From assembly GCA_017614315.1 (NCBI GenBank), contig JAGACA010000009.1, positions 99,290 to 163,289 of the forward strand: a DNA stretch of 64,000 nt, written 5' to 3'. This document shows, in pieces, positions 55,457 through 64,000 of the stretch; position 1 is the first letter of the stretch; each line of letters starts with the position of its first letter. Origin of the DNA: Clostridia bacterium (GTDB lineage: Bacteria > Bacillota > Clostridia > Christensenellales > CAG-138). The notes under the pieces are model-generated. The model made no database searches and was not told the origin of the DNA. It saw only the letters and a list, made by a program, of their open reading frames with translations. Made by a program: the position numbers and the translations under genes.

Positions 55457-56653
55457 TCAATAATAATAGATCCAATCGCTGCCGAAGAGCTCGGTGAGGA
55501 CGTCATATATCTCCTCGACGACCTCGTCCGGGAGCTCGTACCCGGGATCGTAGTTGTATTCCCTGTAGAACATGCAGAGCACGAATTCCCCGTTGTCGTC
55601 GAGCATCCAGTAATACTGGAAACAACCGTTGCCTATGGAGTTCACGGCGTTCGAGAGCTGCTCGGAAAGATACGACGCGACGGGCTCCTCTTCCCTCGTG
55701 ATGCCGCCCGCAACGCGGAGCGAGAAGCAGGTCTCGCCGCCGTCGATCTTTTCCTTGACGTAGGCGGGTATGGACATTATGTCCTCTACCTCGCCGGCGT
55801 TCTTGACGGCGTAATTGAATTTAAGACCCTGCGCGCGGGGGAAGAAGCTCTTGTCCCAGTCGTGATCGAGGGAGAGCACCTCGTCCGTCAAGTTGAAATG
55901 CCTGTATGAGGGGGTATCGCCCGAGTCGAAATAGCAGTCGGTCTGGTACCACTCGCCGTCGAGCTTGATAAGATCCCATGAATGGGTGCAGCCCGTGTTG
56001 TGAACGACCATGCATTCGATATCGAGCATGTGCATGAACATGCGGAAGGTGGTCGCGTAGCCCACGCAGACCGCCTGATGGTATTTGAGTACGCCGTAAG
56101 GGTTATCCGCATCCTCGCCCGAATTGGGGATGACGGTAAGCGAGCCCTCGTCCGCCTTGAGCTTGGTCGTGAGGAAAATATAGACGGCCTCTTCCTTCTC
56201 ATAAGGCGTCATGCCCGGCTCGATGATCTTGTCGATTATGTCGGACGCCATCTTGAGCGTCTCCTTTTGGCGGTCGTCGAGAGCCGATCTGTCGCCGGTC
56301 TTGTACGCGTCCGAGATCGCGGTGGTGTCCCTGATGACATAGATATCGGCGATCTTGACGTCGTTTTCCTTTGTTTCGTCCTCGTCGTTTCTGGCGAGCT
56401 CTTCTATCCTTTCGATCAGAGCTTCGGTCTTGCCGCCGATGGCCTCGGTCCTGTCGCTGAGCTCCGAGGTCTTGCCGTTCAATGCGGCGGCCTTGTTGTT
56501 GAGCTCCGCGGCCTTTTCGTCAACGGTGACGACGGCCGATTTGAGTTCGTTCATGTTCTTTACCGTGAGCGCGGAGAGCGCGCCTACGCACAGAATGAGG
56601 AGCAGACAGACGGCGATGAGCACGACCGTAAGGACATTGGGTTTGGTTTTCAT
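55457..56653 (-). CDS. membrane-anchored transglutaminase-like (papain-fold Cys-His-Asp) protein with coiled-coil stalk
   Basis: Start at MKTKPNVLTVVLIAVCLLLILCVGAL (signal anchor). Heptad-like AAELNNKAAALNGKTSELSDRTEAIGGKTEALIERIEEL. Core CVGYATTF...HSWDLIKLDGEWYQTDCYFD. Confidence 0.7.
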   Translation of the reverse strand: MKTKPNVLTVVLIAVCLLLILCVGALSALTVKNMNELKSAVVTVDEKAAELNNKAAALNGKTSELSDRTEAIGGKTEALIERIEELARNDEDETKENDVKIADIYVIRDTTAISDAYKTGDRSALDDRQKETLKMASDIIDKIIEPGMTPYEKEEAVYIFLTTKLKADEGSLTVIPNSGEDADNPYGVLKYHQAVCVGYATTFRMFMHMLDIECMVVHNTGCTHSWDLIKLDGEWYQTDCYFDSGDTPSYRHFNLTDEVLSLDHDWDKSFFPRAQGLKFNYAVKNAGEVEDIMSIPAYVKEKIDGGETCFSLRVAGGITREEEPVASYLSEQLSNAVNSIGNGCFQYYWMLDDNGEFVLCMFYREYNYDPGYELPDEVVEEIYDVLTELFGSDWIYYY

Positions 56654-56784
56654 TTTGAGCCTTCTTTTTATTTTTTTTCGATCCCGGCAGACATTATAAT
56701 CACAGCGGGGCGTATTGTCAACATCAAAAAATCCGCCGGGACGGAAGTTCCGTCCCGGCGGATGAGATCGGTCGTTTAACGCGC

Positions 56785-59745
56785 TTACGCGTCGCCGACG
56801 GTCCTCGAGGTGTCGTGATAGCTGACCTCGTTGACGGGGATTATCTCGCCGTCCTGGATATAGAATACCAGCCACAGGGTGCCGTCCACGTTCGGTACGT
56901 TGAACACGTACGGTTCCTCCCTGCCGGCGACATAGACCTTGACCTGCGCTCCGGACATCGCGAGCCCCTTGGAGTAGGTGCTGGTCTTGTTGGTGTAGTC
57001 GTGTACGAAGAAGTAATAGGTCGCGCCTTCGATCGGCTCATAGATCGAGGTCGTCTCGGGACCGTAGCCGCTCCTGCTGTCGACGTCGAGATTGATATAT
57101 TTCGTGCCCGCGTCGTAATAGGTCTTGTTGTCCCAGTAGATGTGGCAGATCCTGTATGGCTCCTCATACTCGTCGACGGTGTCGACGATGAGATGAGTGT
57201 CGAGGTCGCTCGGCGACTGACCCCAGGTAAGGATTATCCTGACCTCGCCCTCGTTGAGGACGGGCGTCAGCGTGCAGTCCTGCTGACCGCGGGTCTGGCC
57301 GGATACGACGACGATGTTCGCCGCGCCGTTCATATAGCCGTCCGCGGAGGCGTAGAGCGTGTAGTTGCCGGGCTCGAGCTCGACGGTGTAATCACCGGAC
57401 GCGCTCGCGGTGGTGGTCGCGATCGGCGTGCCCGTGGTGTTGTTGAGGCCGCGGAACACGGAGATCCTCGCGCCGCCGATCGGATCGGCGTCGAAAGCGT
57501 CGATCACACGGCCGGAGGCGATACCCTTGCCGGTCTCCTTCTTGATCATGTTGAGCAGCATGTTGTACTGCACGGTGCCGGCGGAGATCTGGATCTTATA
57601 GACCGTCTCGGTTATATACCCGCGCGCGGCGAAGGTCATCTTGTAAAGGCCGGGCTCAAGCGAGAGCGAGTAAACGCCCTCGGTGACCTTTGCCTCATAG
57701 GAAACGCCGGTATCCATATTGGTCGCAAGGACCGCCGCTTTCGGGATTATCTCGAGCGTCTTCGCGTCCTGCACGACGCCGGTGACGAAGCCTATCTCGG
57801 GCTCCTCATAGGGCGGGATCTCGCCGCGCTCGAGAGCCATCTCGACCGCGAGCCTCGCGTTGACAAGGACGTAGACCTCGAGCTCGCGCACGCAGTAGTT
57901 TTTGTGCGCGGTCTTGATTATCGCCTTGACCTCCTTATAGGTGAGGTCGGGGTTCGCGCCGTAGACGAGGCCCGCAACGCCGGCGACCATCGGGGTGGCC
58001 ATGGAGGTGCCGGACAAGGGCTCGTAATCGCTGCCCGCGATGGTGCTCAAAATATCCGAACCCGGCGCACAGACGTCGACCATCTCGCCGTAGTTGGAAT
58101 AGGGAGCCATATCGTAGAACTTATATGTGTCGGTGCCCCACTCTTCGAGGCGGTCCTCTACGGAATAGCCCGCTTCGGCGGAGCCTACGACGATGACGTG
58201 TTCCCTCGCGTGAGCGCCGTCGGTCATGATGCGGTTCAGCGCGTAATTGGAGGCGTCGTCGTCCTCGTTGCCGGCGGCCTTGATGAGTAGGAAATCATAG
58301 CCCGCGTTCTCGAGGGAGATTATCATCTTCTCGAAACGGTCCGCGACGCTCCTCTCGTAATCGTCGGGCTCGGACGGATAGGCGCTGCCGACGCTCATGC
58401 TGATTACGCGGCAGCCCGAGGATACGAGGCGGGTGATGTTGTAGATCATGCTCTCGTAGCTGCTCGAGGCGTCGAGGCCTGTGTCGCTCTTATAGAGGTA
58501 CCACCATGTGGCGAAGTACATATCCGCGTTCCAGTAAACACCGGAGATGCCCTCCTCGTTGTTGCCCGCAGCGCCGATAATGCCGGTGCAGTGGGTGCCG
58601 TGGTCGCGCATGCCGAGGTATGAATTCAGATCGCCGCCCGAAAGCTTGCCGAGGTTGAACTCCTCGACGTAGTCATGAACGTCCTTCATGGTCTTGAAGT
58701 CGTCCGTCGGAAGTACGTAGGTGTGGCGAAGGGGGATGTTGAGATCGGGATGGTCGTACTGGAGCCAGGTGTCGATAACGCCGATCTTCGTTTCGCCGAT
58801 GCGGGAATTGTATTCCCATGCGCCGGGAGCGTCGATGGCTTCAAGTCCCCAGTTGTTGCCGTCGGGGGTCGAGGTGCTCCATTCGTCGTACAGGGAATCG
58901 TTGGGGTAGAGCCCCTCGTATTCCTCATAGGAGAGGTTATAGAACACGTCGTCGACGATCGTCTCGGCAACGAGCCTGTCCCTGACGCCGCGGATGTATT
59001 CCTCGCCCTTGCCTTCGAACCTTATCTGGTACTCGCCGAGAGCGTAGATCCTGCCGACGACCTCGCCGTCGTTATCCTTGACGAGCTCCTCGATCTGCTT
59101 GTCGGTCGCGGTGTCGGAGAATATGACGATCAGCTCGTTCGAAACGAGCCTGACGCCCTCGCGGAGCTCTATCATCGCCGCTTCTTCCGGAGCGGAGACG
59201 AAGCCGATGTCCCATCTGACCGTCATCTCGGTGTACTCCGAGCCGAACAGCGTCTTGACGTATATCCTCAGCTCGTTGTCGCCGGGGATGATGGGGAGCC
59301 TGTCGATCACGGCCTTGCGCGAGCCGATGCCGAGATTGAGCTTGACGTCGGAATACGACTCAAGATCCTTCGGCTTGACGGGATCGACGGCGTATTTGAC
59401 GGAAAGTATCGGCTGGTTGGACTTGATCGTGATCGGGAAATTCTTCATATTGCCCGTCGTGGTGGTGAGAGCGGCGGTAGTGTCCGCGCTGACCTTGAGC
59501 GGGAACATCGTGGCGACGTATACGCCGGCGGCGATCAGGACTGCGCCGATGATCGCGAGCAAAACGATGAGCCCGGTCTTTTTCTTCCTGGGCTTATTCT
59601 GCTTCGCCTGCTTCGGGGCAGCCGCGGGAGCAGGAGCCGGAGCGGGAGCCTGCGCCGTCTTGGCCGGCGCGGATATCGGCGTGCCGCAGTTTTCGCAGAA
59701 CAGGGAATCGTCACTTATCTGCGCGCCGCAATTTTTGCAGAACAT
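56785..59745 (-). CDS. zinc-ribbon/TM-anchored S8 subtilisin-like serine protease with CarboxypepD_reg-like domains and a YfaP(DUF2135)-like C-terminal domain
   Basis: Start at MFCKNCGAQISDDSLFCENCG (AGGAGG RBS). TM is GLIVLLAIIGAVLIAAGVYV. S8 triad blocks (VIDTW.., HGTHCTGIIGA, SGTSMATPMVAG). Two Ig-like G.V.D......I..A.V repeats. C-terminal LTWGQSPSDLDTHL...DVDSRSGYGPET. Confidence 0.8.
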   Translation of the reverse strand: MFCKNCGAQISDDSLFCENCGTPISAPAKTAQAPAPAPAPAAAPKQAKQNKPRKKKTGLIVLLAIIGAVLIAAGVYVATMFPLKVSADTTAALTTTTGNMKNFPITIKSNQPILSVKYAVDPVKPKDLESYSDVKLNLGIGSRKAVIDRLPIIPGDNELRIYVKTLFGSEYTEMTVRWDIGFVSAPEEAAMIELREGVRLVSNELIVIFSDTATDKQIEELVKDNDGEVVGRIYALGEYQIRFEGKGEEYIRGVRDRLVAETIVDDVFYNLSYEEYEGLYPNDSLYDEWSTSTPDGNNWGLEAIDAPGAWEYNSRIGETKIGVIDTWLQYDHPDLNIPLRHTYVLPTDDFKTMKDVHDYVEEFNLGKLSGGDLNSYLGMRDHGTHCTGIIGAAGNNEEGISGVYWNADMYFATWWYLYKSDTGLDASSSYESMIYNITRLVSSGCRVISMSVGSAYPSEPDDYERSVADRFEKMIISLENAGYDFLLIKAAGNEDDDASNYALNRIMTDGAHAREHVIVVGSAEAGYSVEDRLEEWGTDTYKFYDMAPYSNYGEMVDVCAPGSDILSTIAGSDYEPLSGTSMATPMVAGVAGLVYGANPDLTYKEVKAIIKTAHKNYCVRELEVYVLVNARLAVEMALERGEIPPYEEPEIGFVTGVVQDAKTLEIIPKAAVLATNMDTGVSYEAKVTEGVYSLSLEPGLYKMTFAARGYITETVYKIQISAGTVQYNMLLNMIKKETGKGIASGRVIDAFDADPIGGARISVFRGLNNTTGTPIATTTASASGDYTVELEPGNYTLYASADGYMNGAANIVVVSGQTRGQQDCTLTPVLNEGEVRIILTWGQSPSDLDTHLIVDTVDEYEEPYRICHIYWDNKTYYDAGTKYINLDVDSRSGYGPETTSIYEPIEGATYYFFVHDYTNKTSTYSKGLAMSGAQVKVYVAGREEPYVFNVPNVDGTLWLVFYIQDGEIIPVNEVSYHDTSRTVGDA

Positions 59746-59871
59746 ATATATACCTCCTATTGTATACTGCAAAAAGATTATATGACCGCGGTCCCCCCGT
59801 GTCAAGCTTTTTGCATTAATATAGGAAAAAGCGGGCGCCTCCGCCCGCTTTTGTCCGTTCCCGAAAACGCA

Positions 59872-60807
59872 TTATTTGTTCTTCTCTTTGTTACGCTTGT
59901 CGTTTATGATCTTCATCTCGGCGGCGGTTATGACCGAAACGCCGTTCTCCTTCGCCCACGCGACGCAGCCGCGGAGCACCGTCGGCAGGAATATGCGCGG
60001 CACGTTCAAAAGCATCGAGAGCGCGTCGTCCTCGAACCTGACGTCGGGATCGATCCTCTTTGCTGCGTAGCGCACGGATTCGAGCGTCGTCTTCCTTACG
60101 GGCAGGAGCTCGCCTATCATGCCGCGGCGTTTGTGATACCAGAAATTCTTGGAATCGCGGTAGCCGTAGTCGACAGGACAGGGCGGGAAGTCCCCCGCCT
60201 TTACGCCGTTCACAATGGCGTTATAGTATTTCTCCTTCATCAGTATCTTGTCGATCTTCAGTATGAAATGCGCGCCGTACGGGCTCGTTATGCCGTTGAA
60301 GTCGTGATACTTCGGAAGCTCGTAATGATCCTCGCCCTCCTTCATGGGAAGGTCGTTTTCCGCGCCGTCGAGGGTATCCACCCATGTGCATTCCATCACC
60401 TGGAAGCATTCTTCTATCACCTTGGGATACTGCCCGTCGGGATCCTCCTTCCGGCGCAGTCCGTCGGTGAGCGTCATCGCAAAGTCCTTCATCTTCTCCT
60501 TCGTGGTGTCGCCCGGCCAGCCGAGGCGCACGGCCTCCTTGAAATACTTCCTGCCGTCGGGGAAGAAGTTCAGGGCGCACTTCTTTCGCTTCAGTATGTT
60601 CTGCGCCGTATTGGAGGAGTTGCGGCAGCAAAGGAGCATCGCGTAATAGTCCTTGCCCGCGATGTAATAGGGCTGGACGAGCGAATACGGGCCGCAGTTG
60701 GTCTCGCCGTCGTCCGAAAGCGTGCTTACGAGCACGGCGGGCATCGGGAAGAAAAGTGAGGTCTGGTAGAAATTGTCGACGATCCTCAGATCCTTGAAAT
60801 CGGACAT
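59872..60807 (-). CDS. flavin reductase-like (FMN-binding split-barrel) domain protein with C-terminal extension
   Basis: N-terminal FPMPAVLVSTLSDDGETNCGPYS resembles the Flavin_Reduct family. The rest is unassigned. Confidence 0.5.
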   Translation of the reverse strand: MSDFKDLRIVDNFYQTSLFFPMPAVLVSTLSDDGETNCGPYSLVQPYYIAGKDYYAMLLCCRNSSNTAQNILKRKKCALNFFPDGRKYFKEAVRLGWPGDTTKEKMKDFAMTLTDGLRRKEDPDGQYPKVIEECFQVMECTWVDTLDGAENDLPMKEGEDHYELPKYHDFNGITSPYGAHFILKIDKILMKEKYYNAIVNGVKAGDFPPCPVDYGYRDSKNFWYHKRRGMIGELLPVRKTTLESVRYAAKRIDPDVRFEDDALSMLLNVPRIFLPTVLRGCVAWAKENGVSVITAAEMKIINDKRNKEKNK

Positions 60808-60872
60808 GGTGTTATCCTCCTTGACGAATATAAAACGCAGGGCACGCTTTTTGCGCGCCCCGCGGAGGTTCG

Positions 60873-61811
60873 TTATTTGACGGTCGTCCCCGCGGCGCCC
60901 TTCAGCGCCTCGACGGCCTTGTCGAGGCTGGTGATTATGGCGCGGCGGCCGGGCTTCGAGGTGACGAACTTGACAGCCGCCTCGACCTTCGGCAGCATGG
61001 AGCCGGGAGCGAACTGGCCTTCGGCGATGTACCTGCGCGCGTCCTCGACGGTGAGCACGTCAAGATCCTTCTGGTCGGGCTTCTTGAAATTGACCGAGAC
61101 CTTTTCGACTGCGGTGAGTATTACGAGCGCGTCGGCGTCAATATCCTCGGCAAGCCTCTCGGACGCGAGATCCTTGTCTATGACGGCCGCTGTGCCGACG
61201 TAGTCGCCGTTTTCGTCCTTATAGACGGGGATGCCGCCGCCGCCGACGGTGATGGGCACGAAGCCGCCCGCCATCAGACACTTGACGGCGTCGAGCTCGA
61301 CTATCTCGACGGGCATGGGGGAAGCGACCACGCGCCTCCAGCCGCGGCCGGCGTCCTCCTTCATGACGTAGCCGCGCTCCGTCTCGAGCGCTTTCGCCTC
61401 GTCCTCGGTATAGAACGGGCCGATGGGCTTTGAGGGGTTCTTGAACTTGGGATCCTCGCGGTCGACGACGACCTGGGTGACGACGGTCGCGACGCGGGTT
61501 TTGCAGCCGCGGCGGCGAAGCACCTTCTCGAGACCCTGCTGCATATGATAACCGATATAGCCCTGGCTCATGGCGCCGCAGACGTCGAACGGCATAGCGG
61601 GGGTGACGGAATTCGCCGTTTCGTTCTGGAGCACAATGCGTCCCACCTGCGGTCCGTTGCCGTGCGCGAGCGCGACGGTATAGCCCTGCTCGATGATGTC
61701 CGCGATGTATTCGGAGGTCTTCTCGACGACTTCGAGCTGATTGGCGGCGGTAGCGGGCATGCCCGCCTCCTGGAGGGCGTTGCCGCCCAGAGCGATGACG
61801 ATCTTTTCCAT
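60873..61811 (-). CDS. arcC: carbamate kinase
   Basis: MEKIVIALGGNAL..., HGNGPQVG, and the length are typical of ArcC. Confidence 0.9.
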   Translation of the reverse strand: MEKIVIALGGNALQEAGMPATAANQLEVVEKTSEYIADIIEQGYTVALAHGNGPQVGRIVLQNETANSVTPAMPFDVCGAMSQGYIGYHMQQGLEKVLRRRGCKTRVATVVTQVVVDREDPKFKNPSKPIGPFYTEDEAKALETERGYVMKEDAGRGWRRVVASPMPVEIVELDAVKCLMAGGFVPITVGGGGIPVYKDENGDYVGTAAVIDKDLASERLAEDIDADALVILTAVEKVSVNFKKPDQKDLDVLTVEDARRYIAEGQFAPGSMLPKVEAAVKFVTSKPGRRAIITSLDKAVEALKGAAGTTVK

Positions 61812-61876
61812 GGTAATGCCCTGATCTTTCTTTCAAAAAATATTTGCCCGGATCACACACGGGCACTGCAGAGATG

Positions 61877-61905
61877 ATTATCCCACCTTTTTTCCCTGTT
61901 GTCAA
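61877..61905 (-). promoter_or_regulatory. sigma-A promoter (TTGACA-17-GATAAT) for arcC
   Basis: The minus strand reads CTTGACAACAGGGAAAAAAGGTGGGATAATC. Confidence 0.55.
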
Positions 61906-61965
61906 GGGAAAAAGGCGGGTGAAAAGAATATATGTTCGGTCGAAAAACCTGCTCTTAAAGCCCCG

Positions 61966-62050
61966 TCAGTCCTCGAGGAAAACGGGCAGGAGATTTTTGG
62001 ACCTTTCGTTGAACACACATCGGGGTGCGCTTAAGAGGATCTCAAGCCGT
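61966..62050 (-). pseudogene. duplicated, decayed 3-prime fragment of thyX
   Basis: It translates to ...APRCVFNERSKNLLPVFLED*, versus the intact thyX end ...AHPDMRAVAVPLNERFKKLLPVFFED*. Positions 61961-62014 are about 90% identical to 63289-63343. Confidence 0.65.
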
Positions 62051-63214
62051 GTTCCGCCTTTTGTAATGTAAGGCTCTTTCTGCCGGGGATCCCGGCCCGA
62101 AAGCCGCGGTAATAATGTCGCATCCGAACGGACGGGAGATCCTTCCCGCGAACGCTTCGGCGCTTCCTTCGTCCGTTTCGCCGTTCCCGGCAACATAGGT
62201 ATTGTAATAGTTCAGTATGCCTTTTAGCAGCGCTTTTGCGACGGCGTACTGTCCTGAATAGGAAATGTCCGAAGCCCTATCGCCTACCTCGATATTGACG
62301 GATGGAACAGTGGAATACGACGTCTGCGTAAGGTCGAACTGGAATGAGCCGTTCCCGTAGATCCTGATCCCGCAGGAGCGGGCGCCTGCAAGCACGCACG
62401 CCGCGAGCGCTTCGTGCTCCAGATGATGGCTCTTGACCGGCTCCATTTCGAGGTAGCTCGCTACCTGCGCCACATTACAGACAAACAGGCCCTTGTCGTT
62501 ATCGCTCGAATCATAGTGCAGGGCGACGTGGCAGTCGGCGGCGTTGTTGGCCATTACCGTTCTCGCCACGTTGTCGAGCTGGACGTCGGAGGACTCGCGA
62601 ATCATCAAAACGTCGAAGCCGCTGCTCAAAAGGAGCTCCTTCAGTATCATGGCAAGGGAGAGAGTAGCAGCCGCTTCAGACTTGCCGTTCAGCATAACGG
62701 TGCCGGAGGATACCGCGGTCGCGTATATGCTGCCCTCGGCGGTGCTGCCGCCCGTCACCTTGGGAGTGCCGTCCGGGTGGCAGAGCGTCTTTACCGAAGT
62801 TCCGCCCCTGGTGCCGTGACCGGCGTTGACGCAGACCGTGAAATACTTGGGTTCGTCCGCGTCGGAGTGGTACAGTACAGCGGCGCCGGTGTTTATCTTT
62901 GAGTTTTCCGCATACTGCCAGGAGGGATCCCAGTACACCGTTTCGCTCGATCCCGGTACCGCCGTAGGCGTGGCGGCGGGAGTGGGCTCGGGAGCGGGAG
63001 TCTCCTCTGGAGTCGGTTCCGCGGTCGGAGCGTCCGCCGCGGTTTCGGTCGGGGCGGGAGTTTCGGCAAAGCGCGTGGCGTCGGGAGCGGCCGTGGGTAT
63101 ATCCGCCGCGGGCGAGGGAGAGACCGACGCGTCCTTCCCGTTGAAATTGCCCGAGCAGGCCGCGCAGCCGAGCAATAAAACCAGTATCAAAAACGAAGCC
63201 GCTGCCCGTTTCAT
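62042..63214 (-). CDS. N-acetylmuramoyl-L-alanine amidase-like (Amidase_3) lipoprotein with P/T/A-rich linker
   Basis: Lipobox MKRAAASFLILVLLLGCAAC. VCVNAGHGTRGG, HVALHYDS and SVNIEVG blocks resemble the Amidase_3 zinc-ligand regions. Confidence 0.6.
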   Translation of the reverse strand: MKRAAASFLILVLLLGCAACSGNFNGKDASVSPSPAADIPTAAPDATRFAETPAPTETAADAPTAEPTPEETPAPEPTPAATPTAVPGSSETVYWDPSWQYAENSKINTGAAVLYHSDADEPKYFTVCVNAGHGTRGGTSVKTLCHPDGTPKVTGGSTAEGSIYATAVSSGTVMLNGKSEAAATLSLAMILKELLLSSGFDVLMIRESSDVQLDNVARTVMANNAADCHVALHYDSSDNDKGLFVCNVAQVASYLEMEPVKSHHLEHEALAACVLAGARSCGIRIYGNGSFQFDLTQTSYSTVPSVNIEVGDRASDISYSGQYAVAKALLKGILNYYNTYVAGNGETDEGSAEAFAGRISRPFGCDIITAAFGPGSPAERALHYKRRNTA

Positions 63215-63288
63215 TTGTTTACCTCCACATACAAGCCCTCAAACAACGCGGAACAAGATCGTGCCCGGATCGTCGTCCGGGCACGGAG

Positions 63289-63343
63289 CCCCCGTCAGTC
63301 CTCGAAGAAAACGGGCAGGAGCTTTTTGAACCTCTCGTTGAGC
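63289..63343. repeat. thyX 3-prime end, functional copy of the direct repeat that also occurs at 61961-62014
   Basis: About 53 nt with 5 mismatches to the distal copy. Confidence 0.8.
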
Positions 63344-63909
63344 GGCACGGCAACGGCGCGCATATCGGGATGCGCCGCCGGGGCGGTGCGGAGCTTGAAG
63401 AAATGCCTCCACTCGCGGAGATTCATCGTACAGATGAACTCTGTCTTCAAAGAATTCGGCAGGACGCTCCTCGCGGTCTCGGGAGTGACGCCCATTTCGA
63501 GGAGCTTGAAATAGCTCTTCTCGGCATTCTCCATCGCCTTCGTCCACGCCTCGTATTCGGGAGTGCCCTCCATGAGCTTCGTCGGGCGGATGAAGGTGAT
63601 CTCGCTGCCGAACTTGTCCTTCGCGTAGTTGCAGTACCTCGTGGATTCCTGCGAATAGCTGGCGATGCGGTGGCGCACCCATTCGTGGGAAACGCCGCGG
63701 TCGGTTATTATGCGGACGCTGATCGAGAAATGCTCGACGGGGCTCTCGTGTCCGCGGGCGAGCATCGAGTGGATGAGCTTCTCCGCCGAGCCCTCTCCGA
63801 TATTGCCCTCGGACTTATAGCAGACGCGTCCGCAAAGCTCGATATGGCGCATGATGGTCTCGGGATCGACGGGAGTGATTATCTCGAAAGAGGGTTCTAT
63901 AACTCGCAT
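63295..63909 (-). CDS. thyX: FAD-dependent thymidylate synthase
   Basis: ThyX signature RHRIASYSQESTRY (RHRxxSxxxxSxR). Start at MRVIEPSFEII. Confidence 0.9.
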   Translation of the reverse strand: MRVIEPSFEIITPVDPETIMRHIELCGRVCYKSEGNIGEGSAEKLIHSMLARGHESPVEHFSISVRIITDRGVSHEWVRHRIASYSQESTRYCNYAKDKFGSEITFIRPTKLMEGTPEYEAWTKAMENAEKSYFKLLEMGVTPETARSVLPNSLKTEFICTMNLREWRHFFKLRTAPAAHPDMRAVAVPLNERFKKLLPVFFED

Positions 63910-64000
63910 ACGTTCTTCCTTTCGATGCCGGACTCCGTCCTCACGACGATATCCTTGATGCCGGCGTTCTTGATGAGGCGGGCGCAGATCACGCACGGCG
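63897..64000 (-). CDS. dCMP/cytidine deaminase family protein, C-terminal fragment (N-terminus off the right edge)
   Basis: Hand translation gives ...CVICARLIKNAGIKDIVVRTESGIERKNVCEL*, i.e. the PCxxC zinc-motif region of dCMP deaminases. The stop overlaps the thyX start by 13 nt. Confidence 0.65.
   Translation of the reverse strand, partial: PCVICARLIKNAGIKDIVVRTESGIERKNVCEL

Noticed and set aside
1-64000. CRISPR arrays, rRNA genes, transposases, integrases, prophage or recognisable defense genes (restriction-modification, toxin-antitoxin pairs, CBASS/retron-type components).
   Set aside because: I found none on either strand. The only repeats are those listed as features, and none has the regular repeat-spacer periodicity of CRISPR.

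Overview
High-GC (roughly 60%) Firmicutes/Clostridia-type chromosomal segment. That assignment rests on lipobox lipoproteins, a CIRCE/HrcA operator, dockerin modules and sigma-A type promoters, and it is an inference. The window is densely coding and mostly housekeeping. Translation genes: metG, class-I lysyl-tRNA synthetase, an AlaX editing protein and tRNA-Gly(GCC). Metabolism and cell-wall genes: murG, guaA, xpt, thyX with a dCMP deaminase, arcC, glsA and a phosphofructokinase. Starch-related genes: a cytoplasmic GH13 enzyme, a lipoprotein type-I pullulanase and a CUT1-type sugar ABC importer. There are also several envelope and surface loci. I see no rRNA, CRISPR array, transposase, integrase or recognisable phage or defense genes. 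The leads most worth a second look are listed here. (1) A translationally coupled pair of full-length NBD-FtsX (MacB-architecture) ABC proteins at 40.2-45.3 kb, directly after a repeat-rich dockerin surface protein. (2) A class-I LysRS fused to a Trbp111/EMAP-like tRNA-binding domain that is also present on MetRS in this window. (3) A phosphoribosyltransferase-fold paralogue with a degenerate PRPP loop heading an xpt-guaA salvage cluster that has no visible purine riboswitch. (4) Two separate cases where the 3-prime end of a gene is directly duplicated on both sides of an insert: the thyX tail around an amidase cassette, and a lipoprotein gene tail around 237 bp of non-coding DNA. (5) A low-GC islet carrying a Sel1-repeat gene, bounded by a 14-bp inverted repeat and wedged between starch genes. 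(6) A five-gene minus-strand envelope cluster led by a zinc-ribbon-anchored S8 protease. I cannot establish novelty for any of these without database searches. Every functional call comes from motif recognition on the supplied translations. Many long ORFs in the track are antisense shadow ORFs typical of high-GC DNA, and I rejected them.
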